A stretch of DNA of 64,000 nt. Origin: Eledone cirrhosa. Taxonomy: Eukaryota. The notes below the pieces were generated by a model, which was not told the DNA's origin, did not search any database, and saw nothing but the letters and a program-made list of their open reading frames with translations. Below are positions 13,042-26,898 of the stretch, one piece after another. The stretch spans positions 8,804,001-8,868,000 of the forward strand of contig OZ024765.1 of NCBI GenBank assembly GCA_964016885.1. The letters are read 5' to 3'. Numbering within the stretch: the first letter of the stretch is position 1; each line of letters opens with the position of its first letter. Both the position numbers and the translations under genes were made by a program.

Positions 13042-13150
13042 ATAGATGAGATTCTACAGGACTAGAACTGTTTCATTCTTTAGAAATCATCAGGAATTTG
13101 ATGATTTCTAAAGAATGAAACAGTTCTAGTCCTGTAGAATCTCATCTATA
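13042..13150. ncRNA. Perfect fold-back of two head-to-head hammerhead motifs
   Basis: Minus 13051-13097: attc CTGATGA tttctaaagaat GAAA cagttctagtcctg TA gaat; the plus copy from 13098 starts TTGATGA. Confidence 0.8.
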
Positions 13151-13232
13151 TTAAAACTATATATATATATGTACCAGGTTATATATTGGTAAACTCCATA
13201 TAACCCTGCACACACACACACACACACACACA

Positions 13233-13288
<56 letters not shown>

Positions 13289-14464
13289 CACACGCACACA
13301 CGCACACACACACACACACGCGCACACGCGCGCGCGCACACACACATACGTAAGAATCAACAGGTACTCACCGGGTTGTCCATAGCAAAAGAAGTTCGGA
13401 GATTTACTCAAGAAAAGAACTTGCTTAGGTATATAAAACTGTATCCGCTTACACACACCACACATTTATATATAATATAAAAGAGAGATGTTTATTGGTT
13501 GAATCCACAACAATTACACACACACACAAATACATACACACACACTTCTAACGAGAGAGAGAGAGTTACATAGGGAGAGGCAGAAAGAGAGAGATAGGCA
13601 GTTATACAGGGAGAGATATAATTAAAGTGTTAGATATTGAGATAGTGAGAGAGAAAGATAGATAGATATATTTCTTTATTTTCCACAAGGGCGCACAAGA
13701 AAAGGGGACAATACAAAGACACATGCCGGGGATTTTACATACAGTCGTGTAAAAATAATACATAGATAGATAGATAGAGAGAGAGACTGACGTCCCACGA
13801 AAGTCTAGAATCAGCTTAAATTATAGATCCTTTGATCTATAAGAGGGTTTAACAATATTGTGTTAGCTTTTATAAAGTCATTTTACAGTCTTTGATTTTA
13901 GAGAACAGGGACAAATTGATACTATTTGAAATTAATCTACCCTCCAGCTTTTATCTATATACTACTTACAGACCCTACTAACGAAGCTAAACACTTCAAA
14001 ATAAAGGCTTCGTTGGTTTAAGCTATTTTTATAAAGGATGCCACAGAATGTACGATATATAATGATTACAATATTTTTTAGCAACAACTCTGGTCCCACA
14101 CTTTTGAAGGTTTATTATAACATTCTGTGGCACTTTTGAGCTTGCGCATTTTTCATGTCTAGTATATATGTATGTCTACATATATGTATATATATACACA
14201 TATATATATACACACACATATATATATATATACATATACATATATATATATACATATATATACATATATATATACATATACATGTATATACATATACATA
14301 TATATATATATATGTATACATATATATATACATATACATGTATATACATATACATATATATATATATATGTATACATATATATACATATACATGTATATA
14401 CATATACATATATATATATATGTATACATATATATACATTTACATATATATATATATATGTATA

Positions 14465-14695
14465 CATCATCATCATCATCATCAGGTTTAGCGTCCGTGT
14501 TCCACGCTTGCATGGGTTTGGACGGGGGTTTTCCCACTTGAGGCAAGAGTGGTTGTCTTGCTCGCATAGGACTGTCTGGCGGGTTTTCTACAGTTGGATG
14601 CCCTTCCTAACACCAACCACATTTACAGTGTGGGGCTGGGAGGTTTTTACCGTGTTGCCTACACGGCCACATTACAGCGTGGACTGTCTGGCGGT
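14465..14695 (-). mobile_element. RTE 3' UTR fragment in a TA/TACA tract
   Basis: (CAT)n plus shared stem-loop; near-identical to 1308-1540. Confidence 0.8.
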
Positions 14696-14703
14696 ACATT
14701 TAC

Positions 14704-14747
<44 letters not shown>

Positions 14748-14773
14748 GTATATTTGTATCTATCTATCTCTCA

Positions 14774-14830
<57 letters not shown>

Positions 14831-15016
14831 CTCACTGATAAACCACACACATACACACACACACCCCCACATATATACACGTACATCTCCACACACGCAG
14901 TAGTTCACACCTATTTCACGACACACACACACACACACATAGTGTCTTACAGATTAGACAATATGTGACAGGAATGTAGGTGTCTTATTGAGGTCAACAC
15001 TTCAGTATATAGATAT

Positions 15017-16925
15017 GGAGGCACATGGCTTAGTGGTTAGAGCATTGGCCTTGCAATCGAAAGGTTGTGAGTTCAATTCTCAGACCGGGTGATGTGTTGT
15101 TTCCTTGAGCAAGACACTTTATTTCACATTGCTCCAGTTTACTCAGCTGTAGAAATGAGATGATAGGGACTGGGATCCCTATCATTCCACTGCAAAGTGG
15201 TCGTGGAGGCAACATGGCAAAAAAAGCACCCAGCCTACACTGTAAAGTGGACGTGGAGGTACCACGGCAAAAAAGCACCCAGCCTACACTGTAAAGTGGA
15301 CGTGGAGGTGCCACGGCAAAAAAGCACCCAGCCTACACTGTAAAGTGGACGTGGAGGTGCCACGGCAAAAAAGCACCCAGCACTCACTGTAAAGTGGACG
15401 TGGAGGTGCCACGGCAAAAAAGCACCCAGCCTACACTGTAAAGTGGACGTGGAGGTGCCACGGCAAAAAAGCACCCAGCACTCACTGTAAAGTGGACGTG
15501 GAGGTGCCACGGCAAAAAAGCACCCAGCCTACACTGTAAAGTGGACGTGGAGGTGCCACGGCAAAAAAGCACCCAGCACTCACTGTAAAGTGGACGTGGA
15601 GGTGCCACGGCAAAAAAGCACCCAGCCTACACTGTAAAGTGGACGTGGAGGCCCCACGGCAAAAAAGCACCCAGCCTACACTGTAAAGTGGACGTGGAGG
15701 TGCCACGGCAAAAAAGCACCTAGCACTCACTGTAAAGTGGACGTGGAGGTGCCACGGCAAAAAAGCACCCAGCCTACACTGTAAAGTGGACATGGAGGTG
15801 CCACGGCAAAAAAGCACCCAGCCTACACTGTAAAGTGGACGTGGAGGTGCCACGGCAAAAAAGCACCCAGCCTACACTGTAAAGTGGACGTGGAGGTGCC
15901 ACGGCAAAAAAGCACCCAGCACTCACTGTAAAGTGGATGAGGAGGTGCCACGGCAAAAAAGCACCCAGCCTACACTGTAAAGTGGACGTGGAGGTGCCAC
16001 GGCAAAAAAGCACCCAGCACTCACTGTAAAGTGGACGTGGAGGTGCCACGGCAAAAAAGCACCCAGCCTACACTGTAAAGTGGACGTGGAGGTGCCACGG
16101 CAAAAAAGCACCCAGCACTCACTGTAAAGTGGACGTGGAGGTGCCACGGCAAAAAAGCACCCAGCCTACACTGTAAAGTGGACGTGGAGGTGCCACGGCA
16201 AAAAAGCACCCAGCACTCACTGTAAAGTGGACGTGGAGGTGCCACGGCAAAAAAGCACCCAGCCTACACTGTAAAGTGGACGTGGAGGTGCCACGGCAAA
16301 AAAGCACCCAGCCTACACTGTAAAGTGGACGTGGAGGTGCCACGGCAAAAAAGCACCCAGCCTACACTGTAAAGTGGACGTGGAGGTGCCACTGCAAAAA
16401 AGCACCCAGCACTCACTGTAAAGTGGACGTGGAGGTGCCACGGCAAAAAAGCACCCAGCACTCACTGTAAAGTGGACGTGGAGGTGCCACGGCAAAAAAG
16501 CACCCAGCACTCACTGTAAAGTGGACGTGGAGGTGCCACGGCAAAAAAGCACCCAGCCTACACTGTAAAGTGGACGTGGAGGTGCCACGGCAAAAAAGCA
16601 CCCAGCCTACACTGTAAAGTGGATGTGGAGGTGCCACGGCAAAAAAGCACCCAGCCTACACTGTAAAGTGGACGTGGAGGTGCCACGGCAAAAAAGCACC
16701 CAGCCTACACTGTAAAGTGGACGTGGAGGTGCCACGGCAAAAAAGCACCCAGCACTCACTGTAAATGAGGTTGGTGTTAGGAAGGGCATCCAGCTGTAGA
16801 AATCAAGCCAGAATCAGTTCCCGTATGAGCAAGACAAGGTCAGCCGACTGGACACTGCCCACAACAGGACAACCCGTCTAACCCATTCTAGCGTGGAAGA
16901 ACGGAGGTAAAACGGTGATGATGAT
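15017..16925 (+). mobile_element. tRNA-derived SINE with an amplified internal 49-bp array and a long RTE tail
   Basis: A box tggcttagtgg, B box gagttcaattc; tail nearly identical to the LINE tail at 9555-9733. Confidence 0.85.
15190..16760. repeat. 49-bp minisatellite, ~32 copies, two alternating variants
   Basis: Unit ctgtaaagtggacgtggaggtgccacggcaaaaaagcacccagc(ctaca|actca). Confidence 0.95.
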
Positions 16926-17573
16926 ATACATATATATATAACCAAAGAGATATTTAATTTGTTGGTTATTCAACAAATTTATTTATAACAGATTCGAAGC
17001 ACTCAACTGGTATTCTGGAGTATAATATCAATGATATTAATAAATGGAAACTATATTTATAAAACCATATTTATTTTATTATCTATATAATATTATAACT
17101 CATAATTTGAATAGATCCAATAATTAGTTGTATATCTCAATTTTTAAAAATTTTAAATTTCACCACTTCAACTCATTTTTAACTCTCATATTATTTTATA
17201 GATACTACCAAAATATATGATTATATAATTAAATAATTAAATGTAATTATATCACTCTCCTTACACCATCACTGATATGATCCATACAATTTTATCTTAA
17301 TAATAATAGTGTATTTCTAACTATAATTTTTTCTTGTATTAATTTGGCCTCTCTTTTTCTTCTTCCCTTATAAATTATCCTTTAAAATTTATCCTAATAA
17401 TTATTTAAATTTACCTAGCGTCTAAATATAACAATCTTTTTCCCAGCCTAACATTTCAACCTCATTTACATATTCATCCTAAAGATTTGAAATTTTTCTT
17501 TCACTGTTCAAACTGAACCTGAACCGAAAAGGTCTGTTTCTTGGGTATGTCACCATTTATAAAACAAATTTTG

Positions 17574-17632
17574 TATTTTATCTAATGAGTGCGTACCAAA
17601 GTTTTCGTACCCTTGAAATATATAATAAAATA
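17574..17632 (+). ncRNA. Hammerhead motif with a G5A-type core mutation (probably inactive)
   Basis: tattttat CTAATGA gtgcgtaccaaagttttcgtaccctt GAAA tata TA ataaaata. Confidence 0.6.
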
Positions 17633-17770
17633 AATATGGTTTTATATATTTTATATATTTGATATATATTTATCCTTATCGAGCCCTCTTTGGATTTTAG
17701 TCTTCACATTATTATTATTACTATATATATATATATATATATATGTAGACATAGGCAATATATATATATA

Positions 17771-18718
17771 AAGATAGACGGTAGCCACGGAGTAGGCAGA
17801 CCTAGAAAAACCTGGGACGAGCTGATAAACTCCGACATCACACACTTACACCTCTCCAAGACAATGTCACTGGACCGAGACCTTTGGCGGTACTCAGTAA
17901 CAGAGAAGACCCGCCTTACCTTAATATATAGTAAAACCTACTCCAGCCAGTAGGCATCTCTAACAAAATACACCCCGTCCCACCACCACCACCCCATCCA
18001 CACCACCCCGTTCTATGTAAAGTTATGTTGGCGCCGCGCCATCCAGGCCGAAACAAATGAGATCGTGTAGGTGTCACGACAAAAAAACACACAGTCCACG
18101 CTGTAATGTGGCCGTGTAGGCAACACGGTAAAAACCTCCCAGACCCACACTGTAAATGTGGTTGGTGTTAGGAAGGGCATCCAACTGTAGAAAACCTGCC
18201 AGACAGTCCTATGCGAGCAAGACAATCACTCTTGCCTCAAGTGGGACTACCCCAGTCCAAACCCATGCAAGCGTGGAACACGGACGTTAAACGTTGATGA
18301 TGATGATGATGATGATGATGTACAAAGTGAAACCTAGTCAGTAGGCACCTCTTAACCAAATATACACCTCAACCCACTACCCCTACTCCATCCTCCCACT
18401 CCCACCAACGCCACCCTCTCTCTGTAAAGTTATGTTGGAACCACAACATCCAGTCCAAACTAATGAGGTCATGTAGGTGTCACTACAAAAAAACACACAG
18501 TCCACACTGTAATGTGGCCGTGTAGGCAACACGGTAAAAACCTCCCAGTCCACACTGTAAACGTGGTTGGTGTTAGGAAGGGCATCCAGCCATATAAAAC
18601 CTGCCAGATAGTCCTATATGAGCGAGACACGGTCACCCGACCAATCTTGCCTCAAGTGGGACAACTCCTGTCTAACCCATGCTAGCATGGAAGATGGACA
18701 TTAAACGATGATGATGAT
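17771..18718 (+). mobile_element. Two tandem RTE 3' fragments of related subfamilies
   Basis: GRPRKTWDELI..DRDLWRYSV coding end; (GAT)n tails at ~18296-18320 and ~18707-18718. Confidence 0.85.
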
Positions 18719-19429
<711 letters not shown>

Positions 19430-19430
<1 letters not shown>

Positions 19431-20423
19431 AACTTTGAATAACTTTGAAATGTTTTGGCCAGTATTGGCCCAGGCCATGTCTAACTTAATAGCACCACCT
19501 GGCGAAGTCTTTCAATTCAGGATTTGGGCACCATGGCCCATTCGAGAAGAGAATTACTGTTTGCGGAGACATATCCGGGTGTGGGTGGTTTGTCCGGGAT
19601 TACTTGGAGGAATTTGTCCAAAGACTTCTTGAATTTTGTGTGGTCAGTTTCTGTTTTGACGTGTCCTGGTGTGATGTTGAAGAGAGCAGGGCCGATTGAG
19701 GTGAAATAATTGTGCCGTATTGTTGTTATGAGTTGCGATTTAGATTTTTGAATGGGACGGATAGCACGGGGCCCAAGCCTTGGGTGTATCTTGAAGGCGA
19801 TGCCAACATCATTTGGGCAGTGATGATGGAACATTTTCCACATCATGCAGATAATATAACGCTCACGGCGACGTTGGAGTGAGTAAAGTTTCAGGTTTTC
19901 CAATCGACCCCAGTAGTCAAGGTCTGACATGCCATCTATATTTTCGTGATTGCCCTTTGAGGAGCTTCAAGTTTCATGATACTTTGTTTCGTGTGGGGAG
20001 ACCACAGTGGACAACAGTATTCAAGGTGTGGTCGGGCGAAAGTAGAGAAGAGAAGGATAATGGTGCGGGAATCTCTCGACTGGAAGGTTCTGAGGATCCA
20101 GGAACACATTCTGCGGGCCATGTCAACTTTGCTGCTTATATGCGTGGTCCAGCTTATGTTGCTGTCCACGGTTACTCCCAAGTCTCTGATGTTGTTAGAT
20201 GCCACGAGAGTTTCCCCGGAGGGAAGGGAGTACGGGAGTTTCAGAGCATCCTCTTTTCCAAAGTGGATCAGTTCGAATTTGTCTTCGTTCAGTAACATGT
20301 TGTTCTTTTCTGCCCACTGGGTAACAGCCAGTAGGTCTGACTGAAGGCTTATCCAGTCATCCACGCCATTGATGACCTTTTGGAGCTTGGAATCATCAGC
20401 GAAAATTTTAATGTTGCTGTGTT
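19430..20423 (-). mobile_element. CR1/L2-group LINE, 5'-truncated RT C-terminus with a frameshift
   Basis: [39 protein letters not shown]; short tandem tail ttcaaagtta. Confidence 0.85.
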
Positions 20424-20486
20424 TATATATATATATATGTAGACATATATATATATATATGTAGACATATATATATATATGTAGAC

Positions 20487-20555
<69 letters not shown>

Positions 20556-20558
20556 GAC

Positions 20559-20751
<193 letters not shown>

Positions 20752-20864
20752 GACATATATATATATATATATATATATGTAGACATATATATATATATAT
20801 ATATATATAGACATATATATATATATATATATATACATTATATATATATATATACATTATATAT

Positions 20865-23080
20865 CATCATCATCATCATCACCGTTTTACGTCCGTTCTT
20901 CCACGCTAGCATGGGTTAGACGGGTTGTCCTGTTGTGGGCAGTGTCTGGTCGGCTGACCATGCCTTGCTCATACAGGAACTGATCTGGCTTGATTTCTAC
21001 AGCTGGATGCCCTTCCTAACACCAACCTCATTTACAGTGAGTGCTGGGTGCTTTTTCGTGGCGCCTACACGTCCACTTTACAGTGTGGGCTGGGTGCTTC
21101 TTTGCCGTGGCACCTCCACGGCCACCTTGCGGTGGAGGGGGGGGGGGGCATATTGTTTATATGCTTCAGCATGTACCCATGGGAGGTCGGGTACCCTGTA
21201 TTACTGCGTGACGCCAGAAGTCACGGTCGTGTGTCATTGACTTTGAGAGGTGTAGTTGGGTAAGGTCGGCTTTTATCACCTCATCCCAAGTCATCTTGGG
21301 TCTCCCCACTCCGCGGTTTCCATCAACTTCTAGTGCTCTGCACCTTTTTATGCAGCTGTCATCCTTCATACGCATCACATGTCCATACCAGCGTAACCGC
21401 CTCTCCTGCACGCAGCATTTGATTCCTCTTATGCTCAGTCTCTCTCTCAATTCCTTTATGCTTTGTCGTTCACGTATATTACTGTTACACATCCATCGGA
21501 GCATGCAGGCTTCGTTTCTCTCTAATCTACGTAAGTCTTCCACCTTCAGCGCCCAGGTCTCACTACATGCAACATCGCTGTTCGGATACACGCATCATAC
21601 AGTCTGCCTTTCATTCTGAGGGAGAAGCCTTTTGCAGCTAGCAGTGGTAGTAGTTCCCTAAACTTCTTCCATCCCGTTCTTACCCTAGTTATTGTACTTT
21701 CTGAGCACCCACCTCCATTGCTAATTCGGTCACCTAGGTAGCAGAAGCTGTCTACTGTTTCTACAGGGCCCTCCCAGAGATTGGTGGTACTTGTTTCCTG
21801 TGGCTGTTTGCTTGCTGTTTCAGCACAGCTGCTGCATGTGAATCCTACATTCTTAATTAAGCTTCCTGAGATCCCGCTACATCTCTTGTGTACCCATTGT
21901 TTGCATTTGGGGCAGAGAATGGAGTTTCTACCTACACCTTTCCTACATACTGAGCAAGGCCATTTCCCTGAGGGGATCTGGGTTCTGTTTTCTCGTCTAC
22001 TTACAAGGACCTTAGTCTTTGTCATGTTGACTTTGAGGCCCTTTCTCTCTAGTCCCTGCTTCCAGGTTTGGAATTTATTCTCTAGTTCTACCATAGATTC
22101 AGCTATGAGTGCGAGGTCATCAGCATACAGGAGTTCCCATGGGCATCCGGTCTTAAACTCCTCCGTTATTGCCTGCAGGACTATGATGAACAGGAGAGGG
22201 CTAAGAACAGAGCCCTGGTGGACCCCAACCTGTACGCTAAATTCCTCGCTATACTCATTGCCAATCCTAACTTTGCTGACTGCTCCCCTATACATGGCTT
22301 GTACCGCTTTCACAAGCCATTCATCTACTCCTAGTTTTCTAAGAGCCCACCAGATTACTGCACGTGGAACTCTGTCAAAGGCTTTCTCAAGGTCGACAAA
22401 TGCCAAGTAGAGTGGCTTACTTTTAGCTAGGTACTTTTCCTGTAATTGCCTCACAAGGAAGAGGGCATCAGTGGTGCCTTTCCCTGGTACAAACCCAAAT
22501 TGCATCTCGTCTATATTCACCCGGTCCCTAATCAGCTGTGCTATAACTCTTTCTGTTACTTTCATGACCTGTCCATCAACTTTATACCTCTATAGTTTCC
22601 TCTATCTAGTGCATCGCCTTTACCTTTGTAGCAGTTGACAATGATGCTACTGCACCAATCTTTTGGTATGGCCCCCTCTAGTATTACCTGGTTAACGATA
22701 CGTGTGGTTATAGTGTGACCTACAGACCCAGATGCCTTCAGCATCTCGGCAGCTATACCCGATGGACCGGTTGCCTTCCCTATCTTCATATCTCTGATTG
22801 CCTTACTTACTACGCTGCCGCTGACTTGTACTGCTGGTCCCTCTATAGGGTCTACGTGGGGTAGGGTCTCTTCTTCCCATGCATTCTCCTCATTTAGTAA
22901 TTTATCATAATGACTCTTCCATGCATCTTTCTTCTCAGCACTTGTGAGGGCAAGCTCACCTTTATCATTCCGGATACACTTCTCTCCAATGACATCACAA
23001 CTATCTCTGACACACTGCCTCGCAATCTTGAATACCTCCTGTTTCTGGTCCTCACGTTGTAAAACATGCTTGAATTTTCT
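20865..23080 (-). mobile_element. RTE LINE, 5'-truncated and frameshifted, RT domain plus PHD-like CxxC insert
   Basis: NYRGIKL, FVDLEKAFDRVP, QGSVLSPLLF, LYADDL, CSVC..CPKC..HKRC..CSSC; coding continues to 23080; (GAT)n tail. Confidence 0.93.
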
Positions 23081-23237
23081 ATGATGATGATGATGATGAT
23101 GATGATGATATATATATATAATGTATATATATATATAATGTATATATATATATATATAATGTATGTATATATATATATAATGTATATATATATATATATA
23201 ATGTATGTATATATATATATATATAATGTATATATAT

Positions 23238-23640
23238 AAGAGATCGCTAGCACATCTGACAGGCTTGGTCCCATGGGCAATCCCGAGGTTTGTTGGTATG
23301 TTTGGTCAAGGAATCCGAAGTAGGTGTTGTCGACGACGATGGCTAGGAGTTGGTGGATGTCAGTGGTGGTGAGCCCGAAGCTTTGTAGGTCGGTGCATTG
23401 GATGCGTTCCATCAGTATATTGACGGCCGGGAGTGCCGGGACCGAGGTGTAGAGAGCGACTACATCAAGGCTGAAGGCATATCTGTTATTCCTTCTGGTG
23501 TCGGGATCCACTTGATGCAGGCGCTTCAACACCTCCTCGGAGCAGTTAACGTGTCCCGGCAAGGTGTCTAAGATGGGTTTGAGTATTCTGGCTAGGAGCC
23601 ATGAAATTTTGTAGAGTGGTCCCTCCACGCTCGATACGAT
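23238..23640 (-). pseudogene. PLE reverse transcriptase fragment (Poseidon/Penelope-like)
   Basis: RIVSSVEGPLYKISWLL, SLDVVALYTSVP, YQQTSGLPMG; homologous to 48770-49145. Confidence 0.8.
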
Positions 23641-24420
23641 TCTAGCGACTGAAAGAAACGTCAGCACGTTACGTATCAAGGAAGCGCTTTTTATCAAACG
23701 CAAATATGCAACCGCAAATAAACAATCGTTCCTAGAGAAGCGAAATGAGATGGCTGGTGTTAAGTTAACAAACGATGCAGCAACACACGCACACATACAT
23801 ACACAAACGAGACAACTACACACGCACACGCACACACACACAGTAGCATTCCACCATACGAACATATTACACTGCCAATACAGAGGAACAAGGCAACAAC
23901 ACACGCACACACACACACACTCAAGCGAGACAACACATGCACACACACACACAGTAACATTTAACAAACAGGCAGAGAATGGACTGACAGCTAGCGCCAC
24001 CCCACTCCCCCATTCGGCCGCTGACCTCTGCCCGACCGACCCCGTTTCACGCGTACGCGCGCTCTGTTGAGTACCTCAGATATTCAAAACAACAAACATC
24101 GGAGGACGCGTTTCGCACCTTTCCGACAGACAACCTTTCCCCCACCCCGGAAAAAACCCCAGTTGATGGATGTGAATCCGAAATATATAGGAACTATTAA
24201 ATCTCTCCCAAGGTAACTCTCTCGTGTGTTGTTATTTTTATTTTATCCTTTATACTCTTCCCTTCCCTTCATTCTTCTACACATCTTACACATCTTATAC
24301 ACACCACGCATCTCAACGTACACCCACTTACATCTCTCTCTCCACCACCGGATCTTGTTACCCGGAGATTTACCCATTTGCATTGTCGAGGCTTCCAAAC
24401 GACTTAAAGATATTTACATA
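23640..24420 (+). mobile_element. PLE 3' end (GIY-YIG C-terminus, 3' UTR, pLTR)
   Basis: LATERNVSTLRIKEALFIK; near-identical to 39250-39990. Confidence 0.75.
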
Positions 24421-24510
24421 ATATATATATATAATGTATATATATATATATAATGTGTATATATATATAATGTATATATTTATATATAATGTATATATAT
24501 ATAATGTATA

Positions 24511-24833
24511 TCATCATCATTTCATTTTACGTCCGCTTGCAAGGGTGGGACGGGAACTGATGGTGGCTTGATTTCTACAGCTGGATGCCCTTCCTAACAC
24601 CAACCTCATTTACAGTGAGTGCTGGGTGCTTTTTACCGTGGCACCTCCACGACCACTTTGCAGTGAATGATGATAGGGGTCCCAGTCCTATCATCTCATT
24701 TCTACAGCTGAGTAAACTGGAGCAATGTGAAATAAAGTGTCTTGCTCAAGGAAACAACACATCACCCAGTCTGAGAATTGAACTCACAACCTTTCGCTTG
24801 CAAGGCCAATGCTCTAACCACTAAGCCATGTAC

Positions 24834-24836
<3 letters not shown>
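24511..24836 (-). mobile_element. Full-length tRNA-derived SINE with one 49-bp unit and a short RTE tail
   Basis: Same head and body as 15017; tail as at 2320-2375. Confidence 0.85.

Positions 24837-26898
<2,062 letters not shown>

Larger units (their letters stand above)
4843..13046 (-). mobile_element. Complete Helitron (rolling-circle transposon)
   Basis: Minus-strand 5' end A|TCTATATATATAAAAC at 13046; 3' hairpin CCCGAGCAACGCCGGG (4855-4870) then CTAG|T at 4843; AT target with no TSD; RepHel ORF inside. Confidence 0.93.

Noticed and set aside
13790-14160. Possible host exon in non-repetitive-looking sequence (also 40020-40290, 51360-51744, 60040-60490)
   Set aside because: No convincing ORF, splice-site pair or recognisable homology, so these remain unclassified.
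15017-15090. tRNA genes at the SINE heads (also 24765-24836, 3400-3452, 38560-38643)
   Set aside because: The cloverleaf is incomplete and continues into SINE body and tail.
15190-16760. CRISPR-like appearance of the 49-bp array
   Set aside because: There are no unique spacers and no cas genes, the context is eukaryotic, and the unit derives from the RTE 3' UTR.
22894-24000. 368-aa ORF as a chimeric gene
   Set aside because: It is chance read-through across a PLE UTR, an RT fragment, a microsatellite and an RTE in another frame.
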